DNA from: Cycas panzhihuaensis | Taxonomy: Eukaryota > Plantae > Cycadophyta | Reading direction: 5' to 3' | Length of the DNA: 64,000 nt | NCBI GenBank assembly: GCA_023213395.1 | Contig: CM041465.1 | Location: 172,987,741-173,051,740, forward strand | Shown: positions 39,090-51,400 of the stretch, piece after piece | Layout of the letters: every line of letters begins with the position of its first letter | How positions within the stretch are numbered: position 1 is the stretch's first letter | Position numbers and translations under genes: made by a program | The notes under the pieces: model-generated | What the model was told of the DNA's origin: nothing | The model's database searches: none | The model's input: the letters and a program-made list of their open reading frames with translations, nothing else

Positions 39090-39749
39090 TTTTTTTATTT
39101 TTTTGTTAGTCTTAAAACCCCAAGAAATAAAATCTGAGATAAAAGAATAGAATAAAACTAGACCAAATATTGCCTTGGATTGCCTTTGAAGTGTGAATGT
39201 CGTCACCAAGGGTTTGGTGCACTCTCCCTAGCATTCAAATTCAACAAGCACTCCCCTACCAAACAACTTTGATACCAAAATGTGAGAAAGAGATCATATG
39301 GGGACAATGAAGGGAAAGGGTTAGATCATTAACATCAATAAATAACATCAACTAAGCAAGCAAATAAGCACACTAAAAAATGGAGGAGGAGGAATTGATC
39401 CTAGCTCCAACAAAATTAACTTGTATTCAAAATAACAACATAATAATACATCTCATACACTCTTCCTATACATGAAAAAATGGTCTCAATATATAGGTGA
39501 GGAGGATGCCCCTTAGTGTGTTGCATGTTTGATAAGCATCAAACATGCACACAAGCACATTGCATGGACACTTGTTCATCATGCATGCATATGTGCAAAT
39601 ATGCAAATACAAGTGTGAAGGGTCCATTGATTCATAAGTTACAACATTACACATACTAGAGAAAGGTGTGTGCATACTTTATCACATTTAAGTGATAAAG
39701 TAGCTTTACATAATACATAATTGAATAATATAACATAAAGGTTTTGACA
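39090..39749 (-). mobile_element. Copia O: 5' LTR (39281-39749) + PBS + ~180 bp leader, remainder deleted
   Basis: CTTTGATACCA-aaa-TGTG...GACA. The LTR core and leader hairpin are shared with G and K. Confidence 0.8.
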
Positions 39750-39999
39750 ATATCTTGTGCATGATGATTATTGAGCTGTGAATTTATATTGATATTGACT
39801 AATATATTGGCATGGTGATAATATATGATCATGATTTAATGTATGGAGAGTGATAACATGACCATGTTGACCAATCCCTAACTAGACTGCCAGACAATGA
39901 CCCCTTTAATGAGTGTACTTTCACAGGGCAACAGTATCAATCAATAATCATTGCCTTAACTACTTGACAAACTTCTTCTAAATGAACATCCATGGGAAA

Positions 40000-41137
40000 A
40001 GCATTTGTCCATTGTTGTTGCACGGCCCATTCCTCTTTAATATTTGCTTGAAGCAAGCACGTTGTAGGAATCTAGACAAAAAGCACCCCTAGTAGTAGTG
40101 AAGGATGTTTAGAAGTTGCTTTTGGCCCTTATATTTCTTCCAATTGTTTTTGAATTGATTGTGCCAAGAACTCCCTTCAATTTAATTAGCTTCCCTCCTG
40201 CACCTCTTGAAGGGTGGTTAATATTCTAACTAGACAATATGTGAGCTTTGTCTCTCCCAAGAGTCGAGTGACAGATTTGGGCTAGCCATCTCAACTTGGG
40301 ATCCATCAAATCATTAATTTTTGTTCCTTCGGTATGTGTCCTAGATCTTAGTTTGCACAATGAGTAGACCACCAATTCTCTATCCATTTCTGTTCATATC
40401 TCACCAATTGGAACCTTTCCTGCATGAGGTAGTTTGGCGATACAGCCTATTAAGTCAATAGACACCTCAATCCTATCTAAATGGCAGGTTGCTAACCACA
40501 CAATGTTTTTCATTAATTTGTTGTCCTAATGCAAAGGTGGTAACAACACATATCTCTTCCAATCAGCATTAATTATGGCAACTTTAAACTCATCATTCAT
40601 TTTAGAATATTCATTCTCCAATTATAGTAGGTAGGGTTCAACCAATTTTAACTCCATCTTCAAGAGTTTCACCACAAATTGGCTGGAATTTTGCTTATCG
40701 ATACATAATGGTGATAGAATGCTTCATAAGACATTTGCTAGGTGTTTGTCTCCTTTAAACTATTCCTAGAACCCTTCAAAACTGGCCAGATGCATAGTGG
40801 GACACTTCTCTATGAAATCACTACAAACTTCTTCAAAAATTTGCCTAGATGCTTGTGATTTACTATCGGGATGCTTCTAATCACTAGAAAAAATAAAGCT
40901 TTTTGGTGATTTTTTTGCCAAACTATTCGCATTCCTTGATAGGACACTTCTTCACTAGTTACTTAGTTGCTCACGAACACTTTTGGGAACACTAGTAGGG
41001 ATGCTTCTACAGATAACACTTTTTATTCCATTTTTTTTACTAACGTCTCACTCTTGTTGACTTGCATCGGGGCTTGAAGGGCTTTATTGATGAATGTGTT
41101 TTTTTCCGAAGATTCTTCAGTGTTGTTAAGTGTCATA
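40000..41137 (-). pseudogene. Degenerate additional ORF downstream of pol in gypsy H
   Basis: One largely continuous frame with scattered stops: ..HLDRIEVSIDLIGCIAKLPHAG..GTKINDLMDPKLRWLAQI..EVQEGS*LN*REFLAQSIQKQLEEI. Confidence 0.6.
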
Positions 41138-43073
41138 TGTTGACTTATGGGTTGTTTTTTTCAATTGTTTTGTATTTTCTTTTTACATATCAAGATAGAA
41201 CCATCTTCTTAACACCAAGACAACTTTAATTGTCCACAACTTCAAACAACGCGTTTGTAATATAACCATTGACTCCTTTGGTGACATTGTTTTACTCTAA
41301 TGAGGATAGGGTTTCAATTTGCTACGATTAACCAATTTTTGCAACACTTGCTCATCTAGTTCCTACAATTGAATCGAACTGTTTGGAAGTATTTGTTGCA
41401 TTACGTAAGGACCTAACCAACACATCTTTGATTTCCCTAGATGGGTTTTAAATTTTCCATCATAAAGTAACACTTCATCATTTCCTTGGAATTATGATGA
41501 TCAAAGGTGGTGGTTGTGCCATGCTTTTTGGCAATTTTTCTCAATATTTTGCATCCAATTTGCCATATGTTTCATTTTCTCAAGTTGAATGAATTGAAAT
41601 AACCTCTCTCAAAGTGATTCATCATCTCCCAAGTGGGAGGCAAGAGCTATGAAAAGGCTTGGGATTTCGAATTCGTTATCATCACTTTATGCAAAAATCA
41701 TGTTGTATTATAGGTGTTGGCATTCTTAAATGCCCTTGCTTCCACCCATTTCATCGCATAGTTAGTGGCGACCAATATATATCTTGCTTAGGATCTTCTT
41801 ACAGTGGGACATATGGGACCAACAAAATCAATTCCCCACTTTTTGAATGGGGCATGAGGTAGAATTCAGTTAAGGGATTGAAATCTTGGCAACGAGTTCC
41901 CTTATTTGCCGATAGTAATAGCACTTTTTCATCCAATTTTATGTATTGTCAAACAACATTGGCCACCATAGCCCAGCGTTAAACATCTTACAATAAATGG
42001 CTTCTCTACTCGCATGACCACTGACTAAAGAGAATAGCATTTAGCTCTCATACCAACTGATGGTGAACACAACCCTAGAATCACTTACAGAGGGAGTATG
42101 CTAGCACAATAAGATGATTAGCATCAATAGCAAGACTAAGAAGATGAGCACCTACACAATGAAGCAAAGCATATGAATCAAGCACAAGATATGAAGGAGT
42201 AAGAATTGTTCCTCATTCCAAATGAACAAGATAGACTTGGATTAAAATAGTAACATAACAATACAATAGTCACTCTCATATCTAATATATGAGAATTGGT
42301 CTCAATATATATAAAGTTGAAGGAAAAAATTTGGGGGACTTGATGTTTGATGAATTTCAAACATGCAAGCTATGCCATTTGCATGTGGGACAAGTGTCCC
42401 TTGGGCTCTCTTGTGAGCAAGAGTGCATGAGGGGTAAATTGACCCTCAAGTCACAACATTGTGCTACTAGAAAGAATATGGGTATGTACTTTATCACATT
42501 AGGTGGTAAGAAACCTTTACATAAAATACATAATGTTACATCATAAAGTACATCACTTAACATTTAAATATAAAGGCTTAACACCCACACTTAATGTTTA
42601 CAATGTTATGTCAAACACCAAGACCATCCCTGAATTTCTCAAACTTTTCTCTATCAAGTGACTTGGTAAAGATATTCGCTAGTTGTTGGTCTGTGGGCCT
42701 GAAGAAGAGGTCAATCTCACCGTTCTATGCATGCTCCCTGATGAAATGGTGATAAACCTCAATGTGCTTGGTGTTGACTTTATTTTATTCCCCTTTCTAA
42801 GATAATCCACTTGTCAAGGGTCATAAGTTAGTAGTCTAGCTTAGGATGAAGTCAACATACTTATGTTTCCATTTATTATTATTAAAATCACTTTACACAT
42901 AGTACTGTAGGAATAAAGCATCACATTACCATCATTATTTTATCACAATAGTACACAAACCATCATGCATTCTTCATATAATCATCATAACACGCATAGC
43001 ACATGATATTCCATGTAACTCCTTACTTTATTAAGCAATATCACTAATACATACAGTTCTGGAACGTATCTTG

Positions 43074-46000
43074 TGTTAAGGTGTAATGTTTTATCTAAAG
43101 ATTAGTTGAGGGTAATGTATTAACACCTCTTTATGTAACTTAGACAAGTGTCATTAGGACACATAATAGTTACAAGTCTTGAATGTATATTTAAAGAGAT
43201 CATCTCTCCCACAATAATCAATCAACAATTCTTCAATTAGTGTGTGAATTCTATCATAGTATCAAAGCAGTGCAACTTGCCTATCTAAAGAATTTGTTGT
43301 GGAGAAGAGTTAAAGATCTTTTTCTCTCAGTTAAAAGAAAGGACAAGGAATCGTGAAGCAATTTAAAAGGAGGAAATCAAATTTATTGCAAGCATACGGA
43401 AGTGTCCAAACCTGTATAGACAAAAAAAACAAAAGTGCCCATAATTCGACAAAATTTTACTAGAAGTAAGATCTCAGTATGGACATCATTTCTCTCAACT
43501 ACCTCGAAGTGATTTGAGGCCATCTTCAGGGCCATTTTGCCAGTTTACCAATCGCACAGGTTTGAGCATTCAAACGCTGATTTGATTAGAACTCTTCATC
43601 ATTTCTGGTAAAATCACTTGCAAAAGTCCGAATTTGAAGATTGTTAGCAGGGATTTTTGTTTTCTAAGCAAATTTTATAAAAACCCTAGTCACTTGTTTT
43701 TGGGTTTCGGGTCAATCTTTGATCAAACGAAGCGGGATCTCTTAAACATTTTTATATATTTAGATTGCTCTCTGAAAAATCTCCATTTTGAGATACTTTT
43801 TTATTTAGTCCATACACCTAAAATTTGTATGAAATCCTATACAACCGTATGGTCTGTTCCTTCTCTGTCTGCATCCAATCTGTTACCATCTCTGTAATAG
43901 TTTAAATATGGCCTCTTCCATCCTTGCACTCGATGAGAAAGATAAAATGACAAAAACGAATTATCATGTATGGAAAATCAAGGTTGAAACCTTGTTAAAG
44001 GCCAAACATGCCTGAAACATAGCCACAGGGGCTGAAGCAAAACTTGGAGTTGTTGGTGCTGCCCAAACCAGTTGGAAAGAGAGAGACAATGTAGGGGTGA
44101 TAATGTTAAAGTTGTCTGTTTCTAATCCCCTTCTCATTTATGTTGAAAAATTGAATTCCTCTTCTGCAATTTGAAAGATGTTTGAAAACATGTACAGTCA
44201 AAAGAACTTGGTCAAAATCATAGCCCTCAAAGAAGAATTATTCAAAGTATACATGAACGAAACAGAGCCAGTTTAGAATTCATTCACAAAGTCATTTCAA
44301 TTAGAAATGACCTACTGAGTATTGGAGCAAGCATAATAGAACAAGAAACTGTTGAGATGATAGCAAACAAACTTCCGAAATCATTTGATGTCATAATTAA
44401 TATAATAACCAGTCGTAATCAAATTAAAATAATGTCTCTTGATACTTTGACACGATTGTTGTTAAGACAAGAACAAAGGAACGAACAATATGAAGATGTA
44501 GCGGAAATAGAAGATGCCTTTGTGACTAAACTCAATATAGGTCCCAGAGGAAGAGGGGCAAACTCGTGGACATGCACGAATGCCAAATACCAGTAGTCAG
44601 TCTTGTAGAAGGCGACGGGAGAATAGAGGGCGAGGATGCTCAATCCCGTCTAAAGACACGAGCTTGCTTCAATTGTAGGAAACGTGATCATTTCTCAAGC
44701 AATTGCAAAGCATTTGATGTCTGCTACCATTGTTGATAGTCTAGGCACTATCCCTACCAATGCTTGTAGAGGAAAGCTGAAATCCAGAGAGGGAAATGAC
44801 CAGTGGAAAATTGCAACAAAGAGTAGATAGATGAAGATGAGGAAGAGACAGCATTCATCATTGCACTCACTACCAGCCTTGAAAATAAAGAAGTGTGGTA
44901 TATTGACTCTGGAGCCTCAAGACATATGACAAGGCATAAAGACTAGTTTGAATCACTTAAACCCTATTCCCCTAACAAGTTTGTTGAATTAGGGGACAAA
45001 TATCCTCTGAACATCAAAGGAGTTGGAACAATAGCTATTAAATTAAAAGGTACTATACAAAAAATTGGTAATGTACTCTTTGGGCTAGGTTTAAAAAAAA
45101 AACCTGCTTTCCATCTCTTTGTTAGGAAAGAAAAGGCTAAGGACCATATTCGATGAAGAAAGGCATTGTTACATTTTAGATATGAAGAAAAATGGTGTTG
45201 TAATTGCATAAGGGATAGAAAGTAATGATCTGTATAGATTGATTTCTAATCCTATAGTTGCCAATAAGGATGTAAAAGCATACGCTGCAACAAATATTGA
45301 TAATAATAAACTCTAACATTTGAAGTATGGGCACATCTCCTCAGAAAGACTAGAACAGCTGCACAATTCAGAAATGGTTGATGGACTTCCAAATATTACA
45401 TTTTATCAATTTGTTTGTAAAAGTTGTTTGCTTGGGAAACAACCCCATCTTTCTTTTAAAAAAAATAAATAGTGAGCTCAAAATAAATTAGAATTGGCAC
45501 ACACTGACCTATGTGGACCTCTTACTCCTTGCTCAATCAATGGCGCTAGATATTTCTTAACATTCATTAATGACTTTTCTAGAAAAGCATGGATTTATTT
45601 TCTCTACAATAAATTTGACGTTCTTGAAAAGTTCAAAGAATTCAAGGCAAAAGTTGAGCTAGAATGTGGATCCAGAATAAAATGCATTCGGTTAGATGAA
45701 GGAGGAGAATATATCTCGAGGGAATTTTTGAATTTCTACAAAGCATATGGAATACGCAGATAGTTTACAACCCCTTATACACCATAGTCCGATGGAGTTG
45801 CTGAACGGAAAAACAAAACAATCATGGAGATGGCTCGTAGCATGATTCAAGATAGGCACATCTCAAAGACCTACTATGCAGAGGCAGTTAGTACAGCTAG
45901 TTACATTATAAATCAAAGTCCAACAAAGGCTTTTGAACAAAGTACTCCAGAAGAAGCTTGGACTAGGCGCAAAGCTGATGTAAGTAACTTAAAAATTTTT

Positions 46001-48215
46001 GAGTGTCAAGCATTTATTCATACACCAGACAGAAAAAGGACCAAACTTGACACCAAAAGTATAGAATGCATAATGATAGGCTACAGTGGAAACTCAAAGG
46101 CCTATAAATGTATAGATCCAAGGACAAATAAGATCTATATAAGCAAGGATGTTATCTACAATGAAGAGGATATCATAAAAACTATGTCAACTCATCAAAT
46201 AATTGAAGAACCACCAAAGAGGATATCTCAAGAAGAACCTCTTATAGAAGAAATTTCTAGAGTTACTTCAGAAGACACTAATAATACAAAAGAATCAAAG
46301 GGGGCATCATTGCCTCATGAAAGCTCAACCACTGAAGAAGAAGAAGTATCTCTCAAAGGCTCAATCACTGAAGAAGGGAAAAAGAAAGAAAAAATGGTAC
46401 CAAAGTGGTACCTTAAGATAATTGAAGAAGGGAAAGGAGACGTGCTTACACACAGGACGAGAAGCCAAAAGTACCAAGCATTGTTCAGCAACTTAGAACC
46501 ACAGTCTTTTGAGGAAGCAAAGGAACATGAAGAATGGTAAGCTGCAATGGATACGGAAATAGAATCCATCTCCAAAAATCAGACCTGGGAATTAGTCAAT
46601 CTAGAAGCCCATAGTCAATTGCAAATGGGTGTACAAACTAAAGGAAAGTACTAAAGGAAAAATAGAGAAGTATAAGGCCAGATTAGTAGCCAAAGACTAC
46701 ACTCAAACAATAAGAATAGAATACAAGGAAACATTCTCACCAGTAGCTAAATTAGATACCATGAGAACAGTAATAGAATTGGCAGCTTAGCACAATTGGG
46801 AAATTTATTAGCTAGACGTAAAAAGTGCATTTTTGAATGGGGAGCTTGAAGAAGAAGTCTACATGAGACAACTAGAAGGGTATGTCCAAAATGGCCAAGA
46901 AAATCTTGTATGCAAACTGAAAAAGGCATGTATAGGCTAAAACAAGCCCCAAGAGCCTAGTATGCCAAACTGGACAAATACTTTAACTCAGAATGGTTTC
47001 CTCAGGTGCGACTCAGACTCTACTCTATATGTCAAGAAAAATCAGGGACTAATCACAATAATTGTGGTTTATGTGGATGATATGATTCTCACAGGAAGTA
47101 ATGCAGGATCAATAACAAACATTAAGGCTCAGTTGGAAAAAGGCTTTGAAATGATAGACTTAGGACTTGTAAACTATTATTTGGGTATAGAAGTCAATCA
47201 AAAGGAGGACTCAATCACCTTATCCCAGAGCAAAAATATCAAAGATCTGCTGACAAAATTCAAAATTGAAGACTGCAACAACTGTGCAAGCCCCATGGGA
47301 ACCAGTTGTGATCTGACTCCATCAAAAGAGGAGGCTTCAATTGATGCAACCCTATATAGACAATTGGAAGCTTGATATATCTCAAAATAACTAGACCTAA
47401 TATCCCATATTTTGTTGGTCTAGACTCTAGATATATGCAAGATCCAAAACTGAGACATTAGAAAGCTGCAAAAAGGATACTCAGATATCTAAAGGGAACA
47501 ACTAATCTAAAACTCACTTATCCAAAGATTAAACCAAACAAGTTAATTAGATTTTGTGATTCGGATTGGGCAGGAGATGAAGAAAAAAGATCAACAAGTG
47601 GTTACTGCTTTCTTCTTGGACCAACAGCTATCTCTTGGAGAAACAAACAACAATCAACAGTTGCTCTATCATCCATAGAAGCAGAATATAAATCAGCCAT
47701 TAATGCCACATGCGAAGCAATTTGGTTGAAACAACTTCTATCATATTTGAATCAATAGCAACCAAGGCCAACAACTCTATTTTGTGATAACCAGAGTGCC
47801 ATCAAGTTGGTCAAAAATTTAGTACTTCATGCACGAACAAAACACATTGAAGTTCATCATCATTTCATATAGGAAAAGGTACAGAACAAGGAAATTGAGT
47901 TGACATACTATCTAACAAATGAACAGGTTGGAGATATCCTAACAAAACCACTCAGCAAAGAGAAATTTCAAGTTCTTAAAGACAAGATAGGATTTAATAG
48001 ATAAAACATTAAGAGAAGGTGTTAAGGTGTAATGTTTTATCTAAAAATTAGTTGAGGGTAATGTATTAACCCCTCTTTATGTAACTTAGACAAGTGTTCG
48101 ATAAGTGTCATTAGGACACATAGCGGTTACAAATCTTGAATGTATATTTAAAGAGATCATCTCTCTCTCACAATAATCAATCAACAATTCTTCAATCAGT
48201 GTGTGAATTCTATCA
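43074..48215 (+). mobile_element. Full-length degenerate copia J with short LTRs
   Basis: LTRs at 43074-43256 (183 bp) and 48020-48215 (196 bp). TSD TCTTG/TCCTG. PBS TAGTATCAAAGC at 43257. gag from ~43908, protease WYIDSGASRHMT, integrase AHTDLCGP, RT VYVDDMILTG, RNase H. Confidence 0.95.
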
Positions 48216-48495
48216 TCCTGCATACATTCTAGTAGTATTCACAATGCACTGTTACATACATTCCAAAATGGAATACAATAGGGAATGCATCTGTTGGATC
48301 ATATACCCGTACTGCCTTGCTTGGATCTCCGCCTTTGGAATGTATCACATGACTCACTTGCTTGGCCCTCACCCTTGAGAATGTATCACAAGACTTAATG
48401 ACTCAGCTCTCACCACTGGATTGGTGAGAAAAGTACCCTTAAATACTCATTTTTGGTGATTTTTGGGGTGAATGGTTATGACCCATAGTCATAAC

Positions 48496-51400
48496 TGTGA
48501 AAAGAGGCTAGATGGCCTCAATAGTCCCTAGATCTAGAAACTAGCATCACTCTAGTTCTAGTTGCAGAAATATAAACAAGTATAATAAACTCAAGGCAAA
48601 GAGAAAGCAAAGAGACAAAACTTGAATGAAGGAGCAAGAGAAAATGATACCCAATATGTGGAGTTGGAATTGGTCCAACCTCCCAAGAAGAAACAGTTTG
48701 ATTAGCAAACTGATAGCATAACAATCTGACTCCAACTCTTGTTTGAGACAATGAGGAGAGGTCTCATTATATAGAGTGAAAAGAGAGACCTAAGGCCTTG
48801 GATGTTTGACAAGTGTCAAACATCCAAGATACATGCCTTGCATGTTGGACATGTGTCCTTTTGGGCTCTTATGTGAGCAAAAGTGCATGAGGGTCCATTT
48901 GACACTTTAGTGACAACGTTGTGTCACTAGAAAGAATGTGGGTGTGCACTTTATCACTTAAGTGATAAGTCACCCCTAAAGTAAAAAGTGCATATATTAC
49001 ATGAAAAATAAAAGTACATTAACTTAACATTTAAACATAAGGTTTAACACCCCTCATCGCTTACAATGTTAAGTCGGACACCAAGACCATCTCTGAATTT
49101 TACAAACTTTTCTCTACCAAGAGGTTTGGTAAAGATGTCTGCTGTCTGCTCCTCTGTAGGTCTGTACTGGAGGTTGATCTCACCATTCTGAACATGCTCT
49201 CTGATGAAGTGATGGTGAACCTCGATGTGTTTTGTCCGCATGAAAGATCGGATTCTTAGCTAACTTGAGCACACTTTGATTGTCGCAATGTATCACGGTG
49301 GGGTGACCTGCTCAAGTCCAAGTTCCCCAAGAATCCGTCGTGGCGGATAACCTCACAAGCTACGGCAATGACTTTGTACTGCCGGTGGAGGACAAGGTAA
49401 CATTGGGTTGCTTCTTGCAACTCCACGAACAATCTTGAACCAAGGGAAAAACAGATCCCGAGGTTGATCTCACGCTATCTTGGCAACACCTAATCGAGAA
49501 TCGAGAACTCTTCCAGTGAAGTTCTCATTATGTGCATACTCAAGGCCATGTCAGTAATGTGCCTTTGATGTACTTAAGTATGCGTTGGTATCGCATTCCA
49601 AATGTCAGTTGGGTTGAGACATGTAACGTGAGCAAATCCCAACAAATGAAATACCTAGAGTGTTGGTGAGATAAATGAGACTCCCAATCAAGCTGCCGGT
49701 AAAGTGTGGGATCTGCTGGTGCAGCTTCCTCATTGAGAGTAAGTTTAGATCCATTCTCCATAGGTGTAAGCGCAGTTTTGCAATCGTGCATCCTGAACCG
49801 CTGCAAAATGTCCCAAGAATATTTCGCTTGGGAGATGAAGATATAGCCCGTACATTGCCATATCTCAAAGCCTAAAAAATAATGGAGAAGTCCAAGATCT
49901 GTCATCTCAAAACTTCTCTTCAAATCATCTTGGAGAATATGAATCATCTTAGTGTCACTACCAGTGATCACTAAGTCATCTACATACAAGGCAACAAAAA
50001 TTACATGGTTTTTTCCATTTTTTATATACAGATTAGGATCTGAAGTAGATCGATGAAACCCATGTCTTAAGAAGTAGTCATCGATCTTCGAGTACCATGC
50101 CCTTGGAGCTTGCTTCAAGCCATATAACGCCTTTTTTAGGCGATATACAACATGCTCCTTGCCTTATACTTTGTATCCGGGAGGTTGCTCCAAATACACC
50201 TCCTCCTGAAGATCGCCATTAAGAAAGGCGCTCTTCACGTCCATCTGGTAAACAGGCCATTTGCATTGAGCAGCTAAGGCCAAGAGAAGTCTGATGGTAT
50301 TCATGTTCGCCACTGGTGCAAAAGTTTCTTCATAATCTATGCCTTCCTTTTGTTTAAAACCTTTTGCGACAAGGCGTGCTTTCTACCTTTTAAGTGAACC
50401 ATCAGAATGGAATTTGGTCTTGTAGACCCATTTGCAGTTGATTGCCTGTTTGTGTTTAGGCAATTCAACCAAATTCCAAGTACCATTCTTTTCAATAGAA
50501 TGGATTTCTTCATCCATGGCAGCCTTCCAATTTTCATTTTAGAAGCCTCCTCAAAGTGGAAGGCTCATCAACACAAAGCACTTCAAATATAAGTGCATAA
50601 TTGGTTTGTCAATATTTAGATGGACGTTTTCCTTCAATGATGTGACCGTCGAAGGCTTGTGTGTACCATTTGGGTAACTTTTGAATTGAAGTTACTTGAA
50701 TCTCAATATCTTCGGTGTAAGTGGTTGGTCAACGTAAGATGTGCTTGGATCAAGTGGAGCAAATTCGGTTGAAGTAGACGGTCCACATGGTGCGTATGAT
50801 GAACATGGTGTAGAGAATTGAGAGGGAAGGAAGGCCTCAACAATCTTCTTGCCTTTGTCAATGGGAGGTTGCATGGATGCGGTTTGCACCTCCTGGTGAT
50901 CTTCTTCAGCAAAGATGACATCTCTTGAGAGATGCATTTTCTTCCCTATAGGATCATACAACTTGTAGGCTTTACTGTGAATGGCATAACCTACAAAGAT
51001 GCATTTTAGACTATACTTGTCTAATTTCTTCCTTTGCTGATCGGGAATGTGCATATAAGCAGTGCACCCAAAAGTCCTTAAATGGTCGATGAGGCTTTTT
51101 GCCAAACCATGCCTCCTCGGGTGTCATGTTGGTGACTGCTGTAGTAGGACTGCGATTGGCCACATAGGCAGCTGTGTGAAATGCTTCTGCCCAGTAAGCT
51201 CGAGTGAGTCCTTGTGCATGCATCATAGCTTTGGCTTTATTGGCCAAAGTTACATTCATCTGTTCGAGACTCCATTTTGTTGAGGAGTGTTAGGTATCGT
51301 CGGTTGTCTCTCGAATGCCGTTATCCTTGCGATATTGGGTGAATTCATTTGATGTAAATTCACCTCCATTGTCTCTGTCTGAATGTTTTGATTGAATGGC

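Noticed and set aside
48518-48751. Duplicated small ORFs (also 54843-55076) as a gene pair
   Set aside because: They are incidental ORFs within the two LTRs of K.
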